Positions 39,026 to 49,429 of a DNA stretch of 64,000 bases are shown piece after piece; position 1 is the first letter of the stretch, and each line of letters starts with the position of its first letter. Where the stretch lies: assembly GCA_024231215.1 (NCBI GenBank), contig JAAEQR010000142.1, forward strand, positions 100,593-164,592, in the 5' to 3' direction. Origin of the DNA: PVC group bacterium (GTDB lineage: Bacteria > Omnitrophota > Gorgyraeia > B26-G9). The notes under the pieces were generated by a model, which was given only the letters and a program-made list of their open reading frames with translations, ran no database searches and had not been told where the DNA came from. The position numbers were made by a program, and so were the translations under genes.

Positions 39026-42000
39026 ATGAAACACACTGATTTTGTTCACCTGCATGTACATACTCAATATAGTCTTTTAGACGGAGCCTGCCAACTACCT
39101 AAACTCATCGATTTAGCACAAACCATGAATATGCCTGCAGTATGCATTACTGATCACGGTAATATCTTCGGAGCGATTGAATTCTATATTGAAGCAATGA
39201 AAAAGGGACTCAAACCAATCATTGGCTGTGAAACTTATGTTGCGAAAACAAGCCGTTTTAAAAAAATAGAAGCCGGGGTAAGAGAACCATCTCACCATCT
39301 CACACTACTTGTAAAAAACGAAGAAGGGTATAGAAACTTAATCCGGCTTATCTCCATAGCATACATGGAAGGTTTTTATTATAAACCCAGAATAGATAAA
39401 GAAGTGTTGAATAAATATGGAAAGGGGCTCGTCGCCCTTTCCGGATGTCTAAAAGGAGAAATCGCCTCATTAATCACAGAAGGCAAAGAAAAAGAAGCCT
39501 TTTCAACCGCGCAAGAATACCGCGACTTATTTGAAAAAGAAAGCTTTTTTCTGGAACTAATGGATCAGGGGATAATCCAACAAAAAAAAGTTAATCGTAC
39601 GCTTTTAAAAATAGGCCGCGAACTGGACATACCCGTAGTAGCTACTAATGACGTACATTATTTAAAAAAAGAAATGTCTCATGCGCATGAAGTACTTTTA
39701 TGCATCCAAACTCAAACCAACCTGGACAACCCCAACCGGATGAAGTTATCAACTAATGAATTCTACTTTAAATCTGCCGAAGAAATGAAAAAAATATTCT
39801 CCGAGGTTCCCGAAGCTATTTCTAATACAATCAGAATAACTGAGATGTGCAACCTGGAAATTGATTTTGATACAACGCATCTACCGCATTACAAACTGCC
39901 GGCAGGAACCAAAGCAATTAATGTTCTTCGTGACGAGTGTCTAAAGGTAATTCCCCATAGATACCCGCAAGATACTGAATCCGCACTCGAAAGACTAAAA
40001 ATAGAAATATCAGTTATTAAAAACTCGGGATTCGCTAGTTATTTTTTAATTGTTTCAGACTTCGTACAATTCGCCAAAAACAATAATATTCCGGTCGGCC
40101 CCGGAAGAGGATCTGCCGCAGGCAGTATTGTCAGTTATCTTACCGGGATCACGGAGATTGATCCTTTAAAATACGATCTCCTTTTTGAAAGATTTTTAAA
40201 TCCGGAACGTGTTACATTCCCGGATATTGATATAGATTTTTGTTACGAAAGACGAGACGAAGTTATTCGATATGTTACAGAAAAATACGGCAAAGATAAT
40301 GTAGCCCAAATTATTACTTTTGGAACCATGGCCGCAAAAGGTGTCTTAAGGGATGTCGGCAGAGTAATGGGAATACCTTATACAGATGTTGACAAAATAG
40401 CTAAACTCATTCCGGCAGATCCCAATATAACACTTTCTCAAGCCGTAGAAACAGAACCGGAATTAAAACTGCTCTATAAGTCCGATAAAACCATAAAAGA
40501 ACTGATTAACACTTCTTATGTGCTGGAGGGACTAACAAGACACGCTTCTACACATGCAGCCGGGGTAGTTATAAGTGATGAACCCCTCTACGAGCATATC
40601 CCGCTGTTTAAATCCTCTGAAGGACAAATAACTACCGGTTTCACAATGAAGTCATTGGAAAAAATCGGACTTCTAAAAATGGACTTTCTGGGATTAAAAA
40701 CACTTACCGTTATTAATGAAGCCCTAAAAATCATTAAACGCACAAAAAACATCGAGATTGATATCCCAAACATCAATCTCGATGATAAAAAAACTTTTAA
40801 GTTATTCTGCAAAGCACAAACTGCCGGAGTATTCCAGCTTGAAAGTTCCGGGATGAGAGAACTATTAAAGAAATTAAAACCGGACAAGTTTGAAGATATA
40901 ACCGCACTTCTTGCTCTATACAGACCAGGTCCTCTGGGCAGTGGTATGGTTGATGACTTTATTAATCGAAAGAGAAAAGGAGCAAAAGTCCGTTACGATC
41001 ACCCGCTTTTAGAACCGGTTTTAAAAGATACCTACGGGATCATTCTCTACCAGGAACAAGTCATGCGTATTACCAATGTTCTAGCTGGTTTTTCACTCGC
41101 CCAGGCTGATCTACTGCGCCGGGCAATCGGAAAGAAAATTCCGGAAGTTATTGAAAACCAAAGGAAAACTTTTATAGACGGAGCATTAAAGAACAAGATT
41201 AATCAAAAAATAGCCGAAAAAGTATTTGATCTAATTGAATATTTCGCCGGCTATGGATTTAATAAAAGCCATTCTGCGGCCTACGCTATGATTTCCTATC
41301 AAACCGCATTTTTAAAAGCAAATTATCCCGTAGAATTCATGGCTGCACTGCTTACTAATGAAAAAGATAACACCGACAAGATAGCCCGTTATATAAATGA
41401 AGCAAAACACATGAAAATCAAAATCCTGCCGCCGGACGTAAATGAAAGCTTTTCCCAATTTACCGTTGTCGGACAGGACTCGATCCGGTTTGGATTATCT
41501 GCTGTCAAAAATGTAGGGGAGGGAGCAGTCGAAGCAATAATTTCAGCCCGAAAAGCAGGCGGCATATTTCATTCACTAATGGAGTTCTGCGAACGAGTTG
41601 ACAATAAATCAGTAAATAAAAAAGTGCTGGAAAGTTTAATTAAATGCGGTGCTTTTTCCAGTTTCAAGCGAAAAAGGGCCCAACTCATGGAAGAATTAGA
41701 AACAACCATGAACCTTGCCGGAGCAGTACAACGTGACAAACAAAACGGACAACTACTACTGTTTGAAACTTCCAATAAAGATACCCACACGCAAATCAAT
41801 GTAGCTGAAGTCGAAGAATGGCCCATGCTGCAATTGCTTTCTTTCGAGAAAATGATGTTAGGATTCTATATTACCGCTCACCCTTTAGACCAATACAAAG
41901 CTGAGCTCAAACGATTTAATATATCCAGCATCAAAGAACTACTTAATACTCGTGATATCAATAATAAAGAAATTATGGTTTCCGGGATTTTAGAAAAAGT

Positions 42001-42469
42001 TAAAATCACCTTTACTAAAAGATCGGCCGAAAAAATGGCAATCATCAGATTAGAAGATATAGAAGATGCCATCGACGTATTAGTTTTTCCGGAAGCATTT
42101 AAAAACAGCTCTCAATATATTGAACAAGACCGTTTAGTTGTTGTAAAAGGAACTCTGGACTCCCGGGAAGATACATCTAAAATCCTGGCTACAGATATTA
42201 TTCCGATAGAAAATGTTTCTGCGACTCTCATAAGTAATATTAATCTCAACATATCAACATTAGCACAAAAACAAAATGCGCTGGCTAAATTAAAAACTGT
42301 TATCCTTGCACACCCCGGAGAAACTCCGGTTCATCTAGCAATGGCTTCTCAGCGGGGGACCACAATAAAAATCAAGGCAGAAGCAAGTGTTTCTGTAAAT
42401 AACATCTTAATTGCCGAGTTAGAAAACATTTTAGGAAAAGAAGATGTTTGTATAATGATCCGAAAATAG
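39026..42469 (+). CDS. dnaE: DNA polymerase III alpha subunit
   Basis: HLHVHTQYSLLDG PHP domain, GPGRGSAAGS, PDIDIDF, YGFNKSH, OB fold; no intein seen. Confidence 0.98.
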   Translation: MKHTDFVHLHVHTQYSLLDGACQLPKLIDLAQTMNMPAVCITDHGNIFGAIEFYIEAMKKGLKPIIGCETYVAKTSRFKKIEAGVREPSHHLTLLVKNEEGYRNLIRLISIAYMEGFYYKPRIDKEVLNKYGKGLVALSGCLKGEIASLITEGKEKEAFSTAQEYRDLFEKESFFLELMDQGIIQQKKVNRTLLKIGRELDIPVVATNDVHYLKKEMSHAHEVLLCIQTQTNLDNPNRMKLSTNEFYFKSAEEMKKIFSEVPEAISNTIRITEMCNLEIDFDTTHLPHYKLPAGTKAINVLRDECLKVIPHRYPQDTESALERLKIEISVIKNSGFASYFLIVSDFVQFAKNNNIPVGPGRGSAAGSIVSYLTGITEIDPLKYDLLFERFLNPERVTFPDIDIDFCYERRDEVIRYVTEKYGKDNVAQIITFGTMAAKGVLRDVGRVMGIPYTDVDKIAKLIPADPNITLSQAVETEPELKLLYKSDKTIKELINTSYVLEGLTRHASTHAAGVVISDEPLYEHIPLFKSSEGQITTGFTMKSLEKIGLLKMDFLGLKTLTVINEALKIIKRTKNIEIDIPNINLDDKKTFKLFCKAQTAGVFQLESSGMRELLKKLKPDKFEDITALLALYRPGPLGSGMVDDFINRKRKGAKVRYDHPLLEPVLKDTYGIILYQEQVMRITNVLAGFSLAQADLLRRAIGKKIPEVIENQRKTFIDGALKNKINQKIAEKVFDLIEYFAGYGFNKSHSAAYAMISYQTAFLKANYPVEFMAALLTNEKDNTDKIARYINEAKHMKIKILPPDVNESFSQFTVVGQDSIRFGLSAVKNVGEGAVEAIISARKAGGIFHSLMEFCERVDNKSVNKKVLESLIKCGAFSSFKRKRAQLMEELETTMNLAGAVQRDKQNGQLLLFETSNKDTHTQINVAEVEEWPMLQLLSFEKMMLGFYITAHPLDQYKAELKRFNISSIKELLNTRDINNKEIMVSGILEKVKITFTKRSAEKMAIIRLEDIEDAIDVLVFPEAFKNSSQYIEQDRLVVVKGTLDSREDTSKILATDIIPIENVSATLISNINLNISTLAQKQNALAKLKTVILAHPGETPVHLAMASQRGTTIKIKAEASVSVNNILIAELENILGKEDVCIMIRK

Positions 42470-42494
42470 CTATAATATCCAAAAGGAGATTATT

Positions 42495-43901
42495 ATGGAT
42501 AAACCGTTAGAAGAGTCTTTTGATTTATATAATGAACTACGATCAAACACACGAATCAGAACCCGTTTAAAAGTTCAATTCCAAAAAGTATCGGAAGATG
42601 GAACCTTAGATGAGTTACAACTTACTCTTGCTAGTGATATCAGCACAACCGGCATTCATCTGGTAACCGAAGAAACCATTCCCATGAACTCAAAGGTAAA
42701 AGTAATCTTCCGTTTGCCGAAACTTTCTAATCCCATAGAAGTCATCTGCCGGGTAGTAAGAGTCGAAGAATTGAAAAATAGTACTTTTGGCATCGGAATG
42801 CTTTTTGAAGAAATCATCAACGAGAATAAAGAAGCAATCATAAAATGCATCGAAACCATGGACATTCTAAAACTACTCCAGATAACCTATCAGAAAAAAG
42901 CATCTGATTTACATCTTACATACAACCGTCCACCGATCATGCGCCTGCACGGCCGCCTTGTCCCAATTGGAGAAGAAGCATTAAGCACTTTAGAGTTAAA
43001 AAACATTATCTATAGTATTCTCTCCGATGAACAAATCGCCCGTTTTGAAAAATTCAGAGAACTCGATTTTGCATTTTCTCCCAATCCGGACTTCCGATTT
43101 CGCGTAAATGTACATCTTCAAAGAGGGAATGTAGAAGCTACGTTCCGGGTAATCATGCCTGATTTAAAAACAATACAAGAGTTAGGACTGCCAAGCGTAG
43201 TCGAAGAGCTCTCTTTAAGAAAAAAAGGTATTGTAGTTATTGCCGGGCCTACAGGCAGCGGCAAAACAACAACCCTAGCCGCAATGATCGATATTATCAA
43301 TCGCAAACGCGAAGCAGTTATCATTTGTTTAGAAGACCCGATTGAATATATCCATAAAAATCTCAATTCTATAATAAAACAACGTGAAATCGGTTCTGAT
43401 ACATTATCCTTTTCCGTAGCTTTAAAAAGAACCCTGCGTCAGGATCCTGATGTTATTTTAGTAGGCGAGTTACTTGACGCTGAAACCGTACGCACAGTAA
43501 TTACTGCCGCGGAAACCGGACATTTGGTAATCACATCCTTACATGCACCTGATACAGTACAAGCTGTGGATCGATTAATAAGTATTTTCCCTCCCCAACA
43601 ACGAAATCAAGCCTGTGTCCAGCTTGCAAACAGTCTGCAAGGAATAATAACACAACTCCTTGTACCTAAAAAGGATAAGGAGACAAGGGTAGTCGCTACA
43701 GAGGTTATGGTCGTGACAGATGCAATTCGTAATCATATCCGGGAAGGTCAAACCATTCAGATACCATCCAGTATTCAGACCGGAGCTCGTTATCGCATGC
43801 ACACCATGCAAGAAAGCTTTAAGCGCTTATTTAACAATAACATAATCTCTAAGGAGACCGCTATTGACCACTGCCCGGAATTAGACCAAATATTAACTTG
43901 A
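42495..43901 (+). CDS. pilT: PilT/PilU retraction ATPase with N-terminal PilZ domain
   Basis: PilZ RSNTR and DISTTG; ASDLH, GPTGSGKTTT, EDPIE, RQDPDVILVGE, TGHL..LH, AIRNHIRE. Confidence 0.9.
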   Translation: MDKPLEESFDLYNELRSNTRIRTRLKVQFQKVSEDGTLDELQLTLASDISTTGIHLVTEETIPMNSKVKVIFRLPKLSNPIEVICRVVRVEELKNSTFGIGMLFEEIINENKEAIIKCIETMDILKLLQITYQKKASDLHLTYNRPPIMRLHGRLVPIGEEALSTLELKNIIYSILSDEQIARFEKFRELDFAFSPNPDFRFRVNVHLQRGNVEATFRVIMPDLKTIQELGLPSVVEELSLRKKGIVVIAGPTGSGKTTTLAAMIDIINRKREAVIICLEDPIEYIHKNLNSIIKQREIGSDTLSFSVALKRTLRQDPDVILVGELLDAETVRTVITAAETGHLVITSLHAPDTVQAVDRLISIFPPQQRNQACVQLANSLQGIITQLLVPKKDKETRVVATEVMVVTDAIRNHIREGQTIQIPSSIQTGARYRMHTMQESFKRLFNNNIISKETAIDHCPELDQILT

Positions 43902-43926
43902 CATAATATATCCATTATGATAATAT
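43898..43926 (+). promoter_or_regulatory. Sigma70 promoter
   Basis: TTGACA-17 bp-TAATAT overlapping the pilT stop codon. Confidence 0.5.
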
Positions 43927-43963
43927 TTATCCGTAGTTATTGATAAAAGGAAGGATACGAAAA

Positions 43964-44449
43964 ATGATTGATCAGGATTTAGAAAACAAAATAGCCCAAA
44001 TAAAAGCTTTCATTGAATTATGGGAAAATTTTTATCAATCATATAAACAAGCAATAACACAACCTTCTTTCACGGAAGAAGATGAAAAAAACTTCCTCGA
44101 ATTAAAAAGTAGTTTAGCCCGGAAATACCAGGGATTGATGGATTCCCTGGGACTTAAACCTACGGCTGAAGATAGAACGTTTGACGTTATCTCTCAAGTA
44201 ATGAGTTTGAAAAACATTACAACTTTATCTCCTTTACAAATGCAAAAGCTAGAAAACGATTGGCATAATTCATACATTACTCTAAATAAAATAATGGGTT
44301 CTTTAGAAAATAGACGCGATGAATTAGCAAAAATTAGTGTAGTAAAAGAATCATTGAAAAAATTCTTTACTAACCCATTTTTCGCACTAATTTTAATTAT
44401 TACTATAATTTACTTTTTATATTATGTTGTGACAACTGTAATTAAGTAA
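43964..44449 (+). CDS. Hypothetical helical protein with C-terminal TM anchor
   Basis: ORF with AAGGA RBS and hydrophobic C-terminal tail. Confidence 0.75.
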   Translation: MIDQDLENKIAQIKAFIELWENFYQSYKQAITQPSFTEEDEKNFLELKSSLARKYQGLMDSLGLKPTAEDRTFDVISQVMSLKNITTLSPLQMQKLENDWHNSYITLNKIMGSLENRRDELAKISVVKESLKKFFTNPFFALILIITIIYFLYYVVTTVIK

Positions 44450-44483
44450 CCTTTAACAGCAGCGGAAAGGAGGCTGGGCCGGT

Positions 44484-44756
44484 ATGACAAAAAAAGATAT
44501 TGTGCTCAAAATCGCTAACGAAACAAAAATGAAACAACAGGATATTAAAAAAATAGTACAGAAAACTCTGGATACTATTATTGATAGCCTGGTTAACGGT
44601 CAAACCGTAGAATTGAGAAACTTTGGTATTTTCAAAGTTAAATCAAGACGGGGAAGAACAGGCCGTAATCCTCGCACTGGTCAGGTAGTACCAGTTCCAC
44701 CCAAAAAGGTTGTTGTATTTAAGCCTGGGTTGGAAATGAAAAAGTTAGTAAAATAA
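44484..44756 (+). CDS. HU/IHF family DNA-binding protein
   Basis: MTKKDI, VELRNFGIF, GRNPRTG, FKPG. Confidence 0.96.
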   Translation: MTKKDIVLKIANETKMKQQDIKKIVQKTLDTIIDSLVNGQTVELRNFGIFKVKSRRGRTGRNPRTGQVVPVPPKKVVVFKPGLEMKKLVK

Positions 44757-44790
44757 AACACCTACAATAATATTTGATATTACGTAGAAT

Positions 44791-44823
44791 ATAAAACCCC
44801 AACCGGTGACATTGGGGTTTTAT
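44791..44823 (+). terminator. Intrinsic terminator after the HU gene
   Basis: ATAAAACCCCAA / TTGGGGTTTTAT 12-bp stem with T tract. Confidence 0.75.
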
Positions 44824-44853
44824 GTTTTAAACCGGATTTTGCGTTAGACACAT

Positions 44854-46119
44854 ATGAAGATAAAAGCATTAAAAGGAGTTCAGGATATCCTTCCAGAAAC
44901 TATCGGACAATGGGATTTTCTTGTTTCTTGCTCAAAAAATTTATTCTCCGTCTATGGATATCAGGAAATAAAAATTCCGCTCATCGAAGAAACTAACCTA
45001 TTCATAAGAAGCATAGGAGAGCAAACTGATATTGTAGAAAAAGAAATGTACACCTTTATTGATAAAGGCAATCGCAAAATATCACTTCGTCCGGAAGCAA
45101 CCGCATCTGTAGTTAGAGCCTATCTTGAACATAATCTTAACCAGCAAGGCCTAGCTAAGCTTTTTTATATCGGCCCGATGTTCCGGGGAGAAAAACCACA
45201 ATCAGGACGCAACAGACAATTTTATCAATTAGGCGTTGAAGTTCTTGGTTCCTACAGCGCTTATCTGGACGCCGAAGTTATTATCCTTGCCGCAGAATAT
45301 ATTAAAAAACTTGGTCTTAAAAACTTTACTCTATTAATCAATACTGTGGGCTGTACAGAAGATAAATTAAATTACTCAAAACTGCTTAAAACCTATCTGG
45401 AAGATAAAAAAGACAGCTTATGCGAAAATTGCAACAACCGACTCGGGCGGAATGTCCTGCGGATTCTTGATTGTAAAAGACCCTCATGTAAAAAAATCGT
45501 AAATGAAGCACCACAGATAACCAATCATCTCTGCGAAGACTGCACCGATCATTTTAACGATGTAAAAAATGCCCTGGATGAAATAAAAATCAACTATACA
45601 GTTGATCCATACCTTGTCCGCGGACTAGACTACTACACAAAAACAGTATTTGAAATTGCGCATAAAGACCTGGGTGCACAAAACGCAATTTGCGCCGGCG
45701 GCAGATACGATAATTTAATCAAAGACCTCGGCGGCCCTCAAGAGGGAGCTACCGGATTTGCCTTTGGCATAGAACGACTCTTACTGGCTATTACAGCTGA
45801 GAAGACAGATTTATCTATAAAAAAACAACCAACTATTTATGCCATTGGATTAGGATCAGTCGCCCAAAAGAAAATATTTCAAATAGTCCAGACCCTGCGT
45901 TCAAAAAATATTCGCCTAACAACTAGTTTTGAGGAAAAATCCCTTAAAGCACAGATGAAACAAGCTAACAAGCTTAATTGCGAATACACACTTATATTAG
46001 GAGATGACGAGCTAGAAAAAGACTCTATCATGCTCCGCGACATGCAAACTGGAGAACAGGAACTCATTACTATAAATAATCTCACTACCAACTTAAATAA
46101 GCGTTTATCATCATTATGA
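44854..46119 (+). CDS. hisS: Histidine--tRNA ligase
   Basis: KEMYTF.D, LRPEATA, FRGEKPQ.GR.RQF.Q, VRGLDYY, GGRYD, GFAFGIER. Confidence 0.98.
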   Translation: MKIKALKGVQDILPETIGQWDFLVSCSKNLFSVYGYQEIKIPLIEETNLFIRSIGEQTDIVEKEMYTFIDKGNRKISLRPEATASVVRAYLEHNLNQQGLAKLFYIGPMFRGEKPQSGRNRQFYQLGVEVLGSYSAYLDAEVIILAAEYIKKLGLKNFTLLINTVGCTEDKLNYSKLLKTYLEDKKDSLCENCNNRLGRNVLRILDCKRPSCKKIVNEAPQITNHLCEDCTDHFNDVKNALDEIKINYTVDPYLVRGLDYYTKTVFEIAHKDLGAQNAICAGGRYDNLIKDLGGPQEGATGFAFGIERLLLAITAEKTDLSIKKQPTIYAIGLGSVAQKKIFQIVQTLRSKNIRLTTSFEEKSLKAQMKQANKLNCEYTLILGDDELEKDSIMLRDMQTGEQELITINNLTTNLNKRLSSL

Positions 46120-47261
46120 CAAATAACCCTACAATAACCTCACAACTAGCCCCTTACGCAATGAACGGATCTGATTCAAAAGGGCGTCAACATAAAGAAC
46201 CGGAGCATGCTTATCGGGGCGTATTTCAACGTGATCGAGACCGCATTATCCATTCAAGATCATTCAGAAGACTGCAATACAAAACACAGGTTTTTGTAAA
46301 TAATGAAGGGGATCAGTACCGGACAAGACTTACTCACACTCTGGAAGTAGTACAAATCGCACGCACCATCGCCAAAGCACTCAACCTTAATGAAAGTTTA
46401 GTTGAAGCTATTGCTTTAGCACACGACATCGGCCACACACCATTTGGACATGCCGGAGAAGACGCTCTACACGAAATAATGAAAGACCACGGCGGGTTTG
46501 AACATAACCAGCAAGGATTACGCGTAGTTGATATATTAGAAGAAAGATATCCTGATTTCATTGGGCTTAATCTCACCTGGGAGGTAAGGGAGGGCATAAT
46601 AAAACACGATACAACTTTTGACAGTCCTACCGTTCCCAAAGAATTTGATCCGCAAACCCTGCCTACTTTAGAAGCACAAGTAGTAGATATCGCCGATGAA
46701 ATTGCTTACAACACTCATGATTTAGATGACGGGATAAGCAGCGGACTAATAAAAGAAAGCGACTTAAACGATATCGCCATTTGGAATACAGCAAAAAATA
46801 TTGTAAATAAAAATACAACTATTGAAAATAAACATATCGAAACTTACCAGATAATACGCACCCTGATCAACCTGCATGTTACCGAATTAGTTTCAAAATC
46901 AAAAGAAATGATCCAGGAATTAGGGATAAACTCTCAAGAAAAAGTTCGTCAACAAAAAGAAAAAATAATAACTTTTCAACATTCTCCCATGCATGAAAAC
47001 TTAAAAGAACTTTCAAAATTTTTATACGAAAATCTTTACCGCCACTATAAAGTAATTCGGATGTCCAGTAAAGCCCAACGATTCATGAAAGAAATGTTCA
47101 ACGTATATCTGGAAGATCCTAAACAACTTCCGCATGGAACAGAAGAACAGCTTTCAAACACCCCGATACACAGAGTTATCTGCGATTATATCGCCGGAAT
47201 GACTGACCGCTACGCGCTTGATGAATACAAAAAACTATTCCATCCCTGGGAAAAAGTCTAA
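46116..47261 (+). CDS. dgt: Deoxyguanosinetriphosphate triphosphohydrolase-like protein
   Basis: FQRDRDRIIHS, RTRLTH, HDIGHTPFGHAGE, ADEIAY..HD..D, DYIAGMTD. Confidence 0.95.
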   Translation: MTNNPTITSQLAPYAMNGSDSKGRQHKEPEHAYRGVFQRDRDRIIHSRSFRRLQYKTQVFVNNEGDQYRTRLTHTLEVVQIARTIAKALNLNESLVEAIALAHDIGHTPFGHAGEDALHEIMKDHGGFEHNQQGLRVVDILEERYPDFIGLNLTWEVREGIIKHDTTFDSPTVPKEFDPQTLPTLEAQVVDIADEIAYNTHDLDDGISSGLIKESDLNDIAIWNTAKNIVNKNTTIENKHIETYQIIRTLINLHVTELVSKSKEMIQELGINSQEKVRQQKEKIITFQHSPMHENLKELSKFLYENLYRHYKVIRMSSKAQRFMKEMFNVYLEDPKQLPHGTEEQLSNTPIHRVICDYIAGMTDRYALDEYKKLFHPWEKV

Positions 47262-47296
47262 TATAGTATTTACAACAAAATAGGCGATAAATTTTC

Positions 47297-47325
47297 TTGA
47301 CAAACAATCTTGTAGTATCTATAAT
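47297..47325 (+). promoter_or_regulatory. Consensus sigma70 promoter of the PilZ/HD-GYP pair
   Basis: Perfect TTGACA-17 bp-TATAAT. Confidence 0.8.
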
Positions 47326-47389
47326 AAAATTCGAAAGCAATAATTAAACATTTTAAAAACATAAAAAAACTTTAAAGCGGAGGTTTGTT

Positions 47390-47767
47390 ATGGACAACAA
47401 AGAATCGCTGGAAGAAAGACGGAACTTTAGCAGGGTAAAGATTCCTAACCTTAAAGCAAACTTTAAATTACTTAATCTACGCACCTACTCAACCTACCTT
47501 GAAAAAAATCCAGAACCAATTGAAGATATCAGCTTAGGTGGAATGTCGTTAAAAACATTCAACAATCTTGAAACAAAATCCCCGGTTACGATTGATTTTA
47601 AAATAGGAGCAGAACCTTATACAGTTAAAGTTTTCGGCCGTATTGCCTGGATTAAACAAGTCCAGGAACAAGACTACATGATGGGAATCAGCTTCTCCTG
47701 GTGGAACAAAGAAGAAGATAAAAAAATCGTTAAAGAACTAATAAGTCAGTATAAAAAGACAGAATAA
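47390..47767 (+). CDS. Stand-alone PilZ domain protein
   Basis: ERRNFSR (RxxxR) and DISLGG (DxSxxG) c-di-GMP motifs; GRIAW. Confidence 0.9.
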   Translation: MDNKESLEERRNFSRVKIPNLKANFKLLNLRTYSTYLEKNPEPIEDISLGGMSLKTFNNLETKSPVTIDFKIGAEPYTVKVFGRIAWIKQVQEQDYMMGISFSWWNKEEDKKIVKELISQYKKTE

Positions 47768-47786
47768 TCCGGAGACACACTTTCGC

Positions 47787-49286
47787 ATGAAAGTTTCATA
47801 TAAAGAAGAAATTTTTAAACGTCTAATTGAATATCCAAGCTGGAAAAATGAAATTGACTGCTTCACTAAAGTTATCGGCAGCAACGATTGGGTAATTTTA
47901 TCCAAAACCGGAGCACCCCAAGTCCGACACCAAAAAATATCGAAGGCTAAATCCGCTTCAAAAAAAGACCCCCTGACAAAACTAAAAAAACTGATTTCCT
48001 CGGCTAAAAAAACACATAAAGTTCAAGAAAAAATCAGCATTAACGGCAATTCTACATATTGCATTCCAATTATCCGGGGCGATCAAATATACGGATATCT
48101 CGGCATATTAAATTTAAAAACAAAAATCCCGGCAAAGTTTTCAGATCTTTTCAACGCATTCACCTGCGCAACAATAGAAAGCGTGCAAAAAGAATTAGAA
48201 CTGATGAAAATGTCCGAAACTATACGCCCCAGAACAATAGCTCTTTCTACTATACATACTGTAAACAGAATCATTAGCTCCACTCTGGAAATAGAAGAAC
48301 TCCTGCCGCGTATTGCCCGGCTCAGCCTGCAAGTATTGCGAGCCCGCCGGTGCACAATTATGCTTGTAGATAAAAACAAACGACTCTTAATCCCGCATGC
48401 TGTAGTTGACGTACAACAAAAAAAACCAAAACAAGAACCCCTGAAAATAGGGAAGGGACTACCGGGACAAGTCGTTAAATACGGAAAAACAATTATTCGC
48501 AATAAATATTTATGCGTTCCCTTTGTTGCCGAAGAAAATATCATCGGCGCAATAAGTGTATCTTACAGATTAGACAACAAACCATTTAATATTTTTGATA
48601 AAGAAATCTTAACGACCCTGGCCGAACAAGCCGTAATTGCGATCAAGAACGCCCAGCTCTATGAAGAACAAGAAAAATTAGCCCTAAACAGTATCAAAGC
48701 ATTAGCATCTGTATTGAGTTCAGGAGTTGCTTTCAATTACGGCCGTTCCAATTTGTTTATCAATGTTACAATGTCCATCGGCATGGAACTCAAACTCAGG
48801 TCTGATGAAATGCGCATTCTTTATTACGCAGCATTACTTCACAATGTCAGCCAAATGAGTCTACCGGAAAAACTTCTCAAAAAATCAACCAAATTAACCG
48901 GTAAAGATTATAAAATAATCCGGTCACATCCACTTATTGGAGCTCAAATAATAAAACCCATCGGAGGACGTTTAAAATCAGTTTTACCGATAATAATATA
49001 TCACCATGAACGTTACGACGGAAAAGGCTATCCTAGCGGACTAAAAGCGGATGAAATCCCATTAGGTGCCAGAATCCTCATGGTTGCCGATGCTTTTGAA
49101 GCTATGCTTTCGAAGAGACCGTACAGAAAAAAACTTACCATATCGCAAGCTGTATCGGAAATAGTAAGATTTAGCGGAGAGCAGTTTGACCCGGTTATTG
49201 TCGATGCATTTGTGAGGGTAATAAAACGCTTTAAAACCAAGATTTTTCGCACCGGAAAAAATGCCTGGGTGTGGAAAAATTTATAG
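47787..49286 (+). CDS. GAF + degenerate HD-GYP domain protein
   Basis: GAF, then ALLHNVSQ (HD changed to HN), HHERYDGKGYP, VADAFEAM, RPYR, QFDP. Confidence 0.88.
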   Translation: MKVSYKEEIFKRLIEYPSWKNEIDCFTKVIGSNDWVILSKTGAPQVRHQKISKAKSASKKDPLTKLKKLISSAKKTHKVQEKISINGNSTYCIPIIRGDQIYGYLGILNLKTKIPAKFSDLFNAFTCATIESVQKELELMKMSETIRPRTIALSTIHTVNRIISSTLEIEELLPRIARLSLQVLRARRCTIMLVDKNKRLLIPHAVVDVQQKKPKQEPLKIGKGLPGQVVKYGKTIIRNKYLCVPFVAEENIIGAISVSYRLDNKPFNIFDKEILTTLAEQAVIAIKNAQLYEEQEKLALNSIKALASVLSSGVAFNYGRSNLFINVTMSIGMELKLRSDEMRILYYAALLHNVSQMSLPEKLLKKSTKLTGKDYKIIRSHPLIGAQIIKPIGGRLKSVLPIIIYHHERYDGKGYPSGLKADEIPLGARILMVADAFEAMLSKRPYRKKLTISQAVSEIVRFSGEQFDPVIVDAFVRVIKRFKTKIFRTGKNAWVWKNL

Positions 49287-49429
49287 ATTTTAATGTAAAC
49301 AGCTGTGGTTATTCATGTTGCACAGTCTATCCTTATTTTTCTTAAAAAAATATTGTTTTTTGACGAAATCCTGCTATAATAATAACTGCCTGAGATATCA
49401 ATAATGGATTATACGATACAGGGGGTCTA

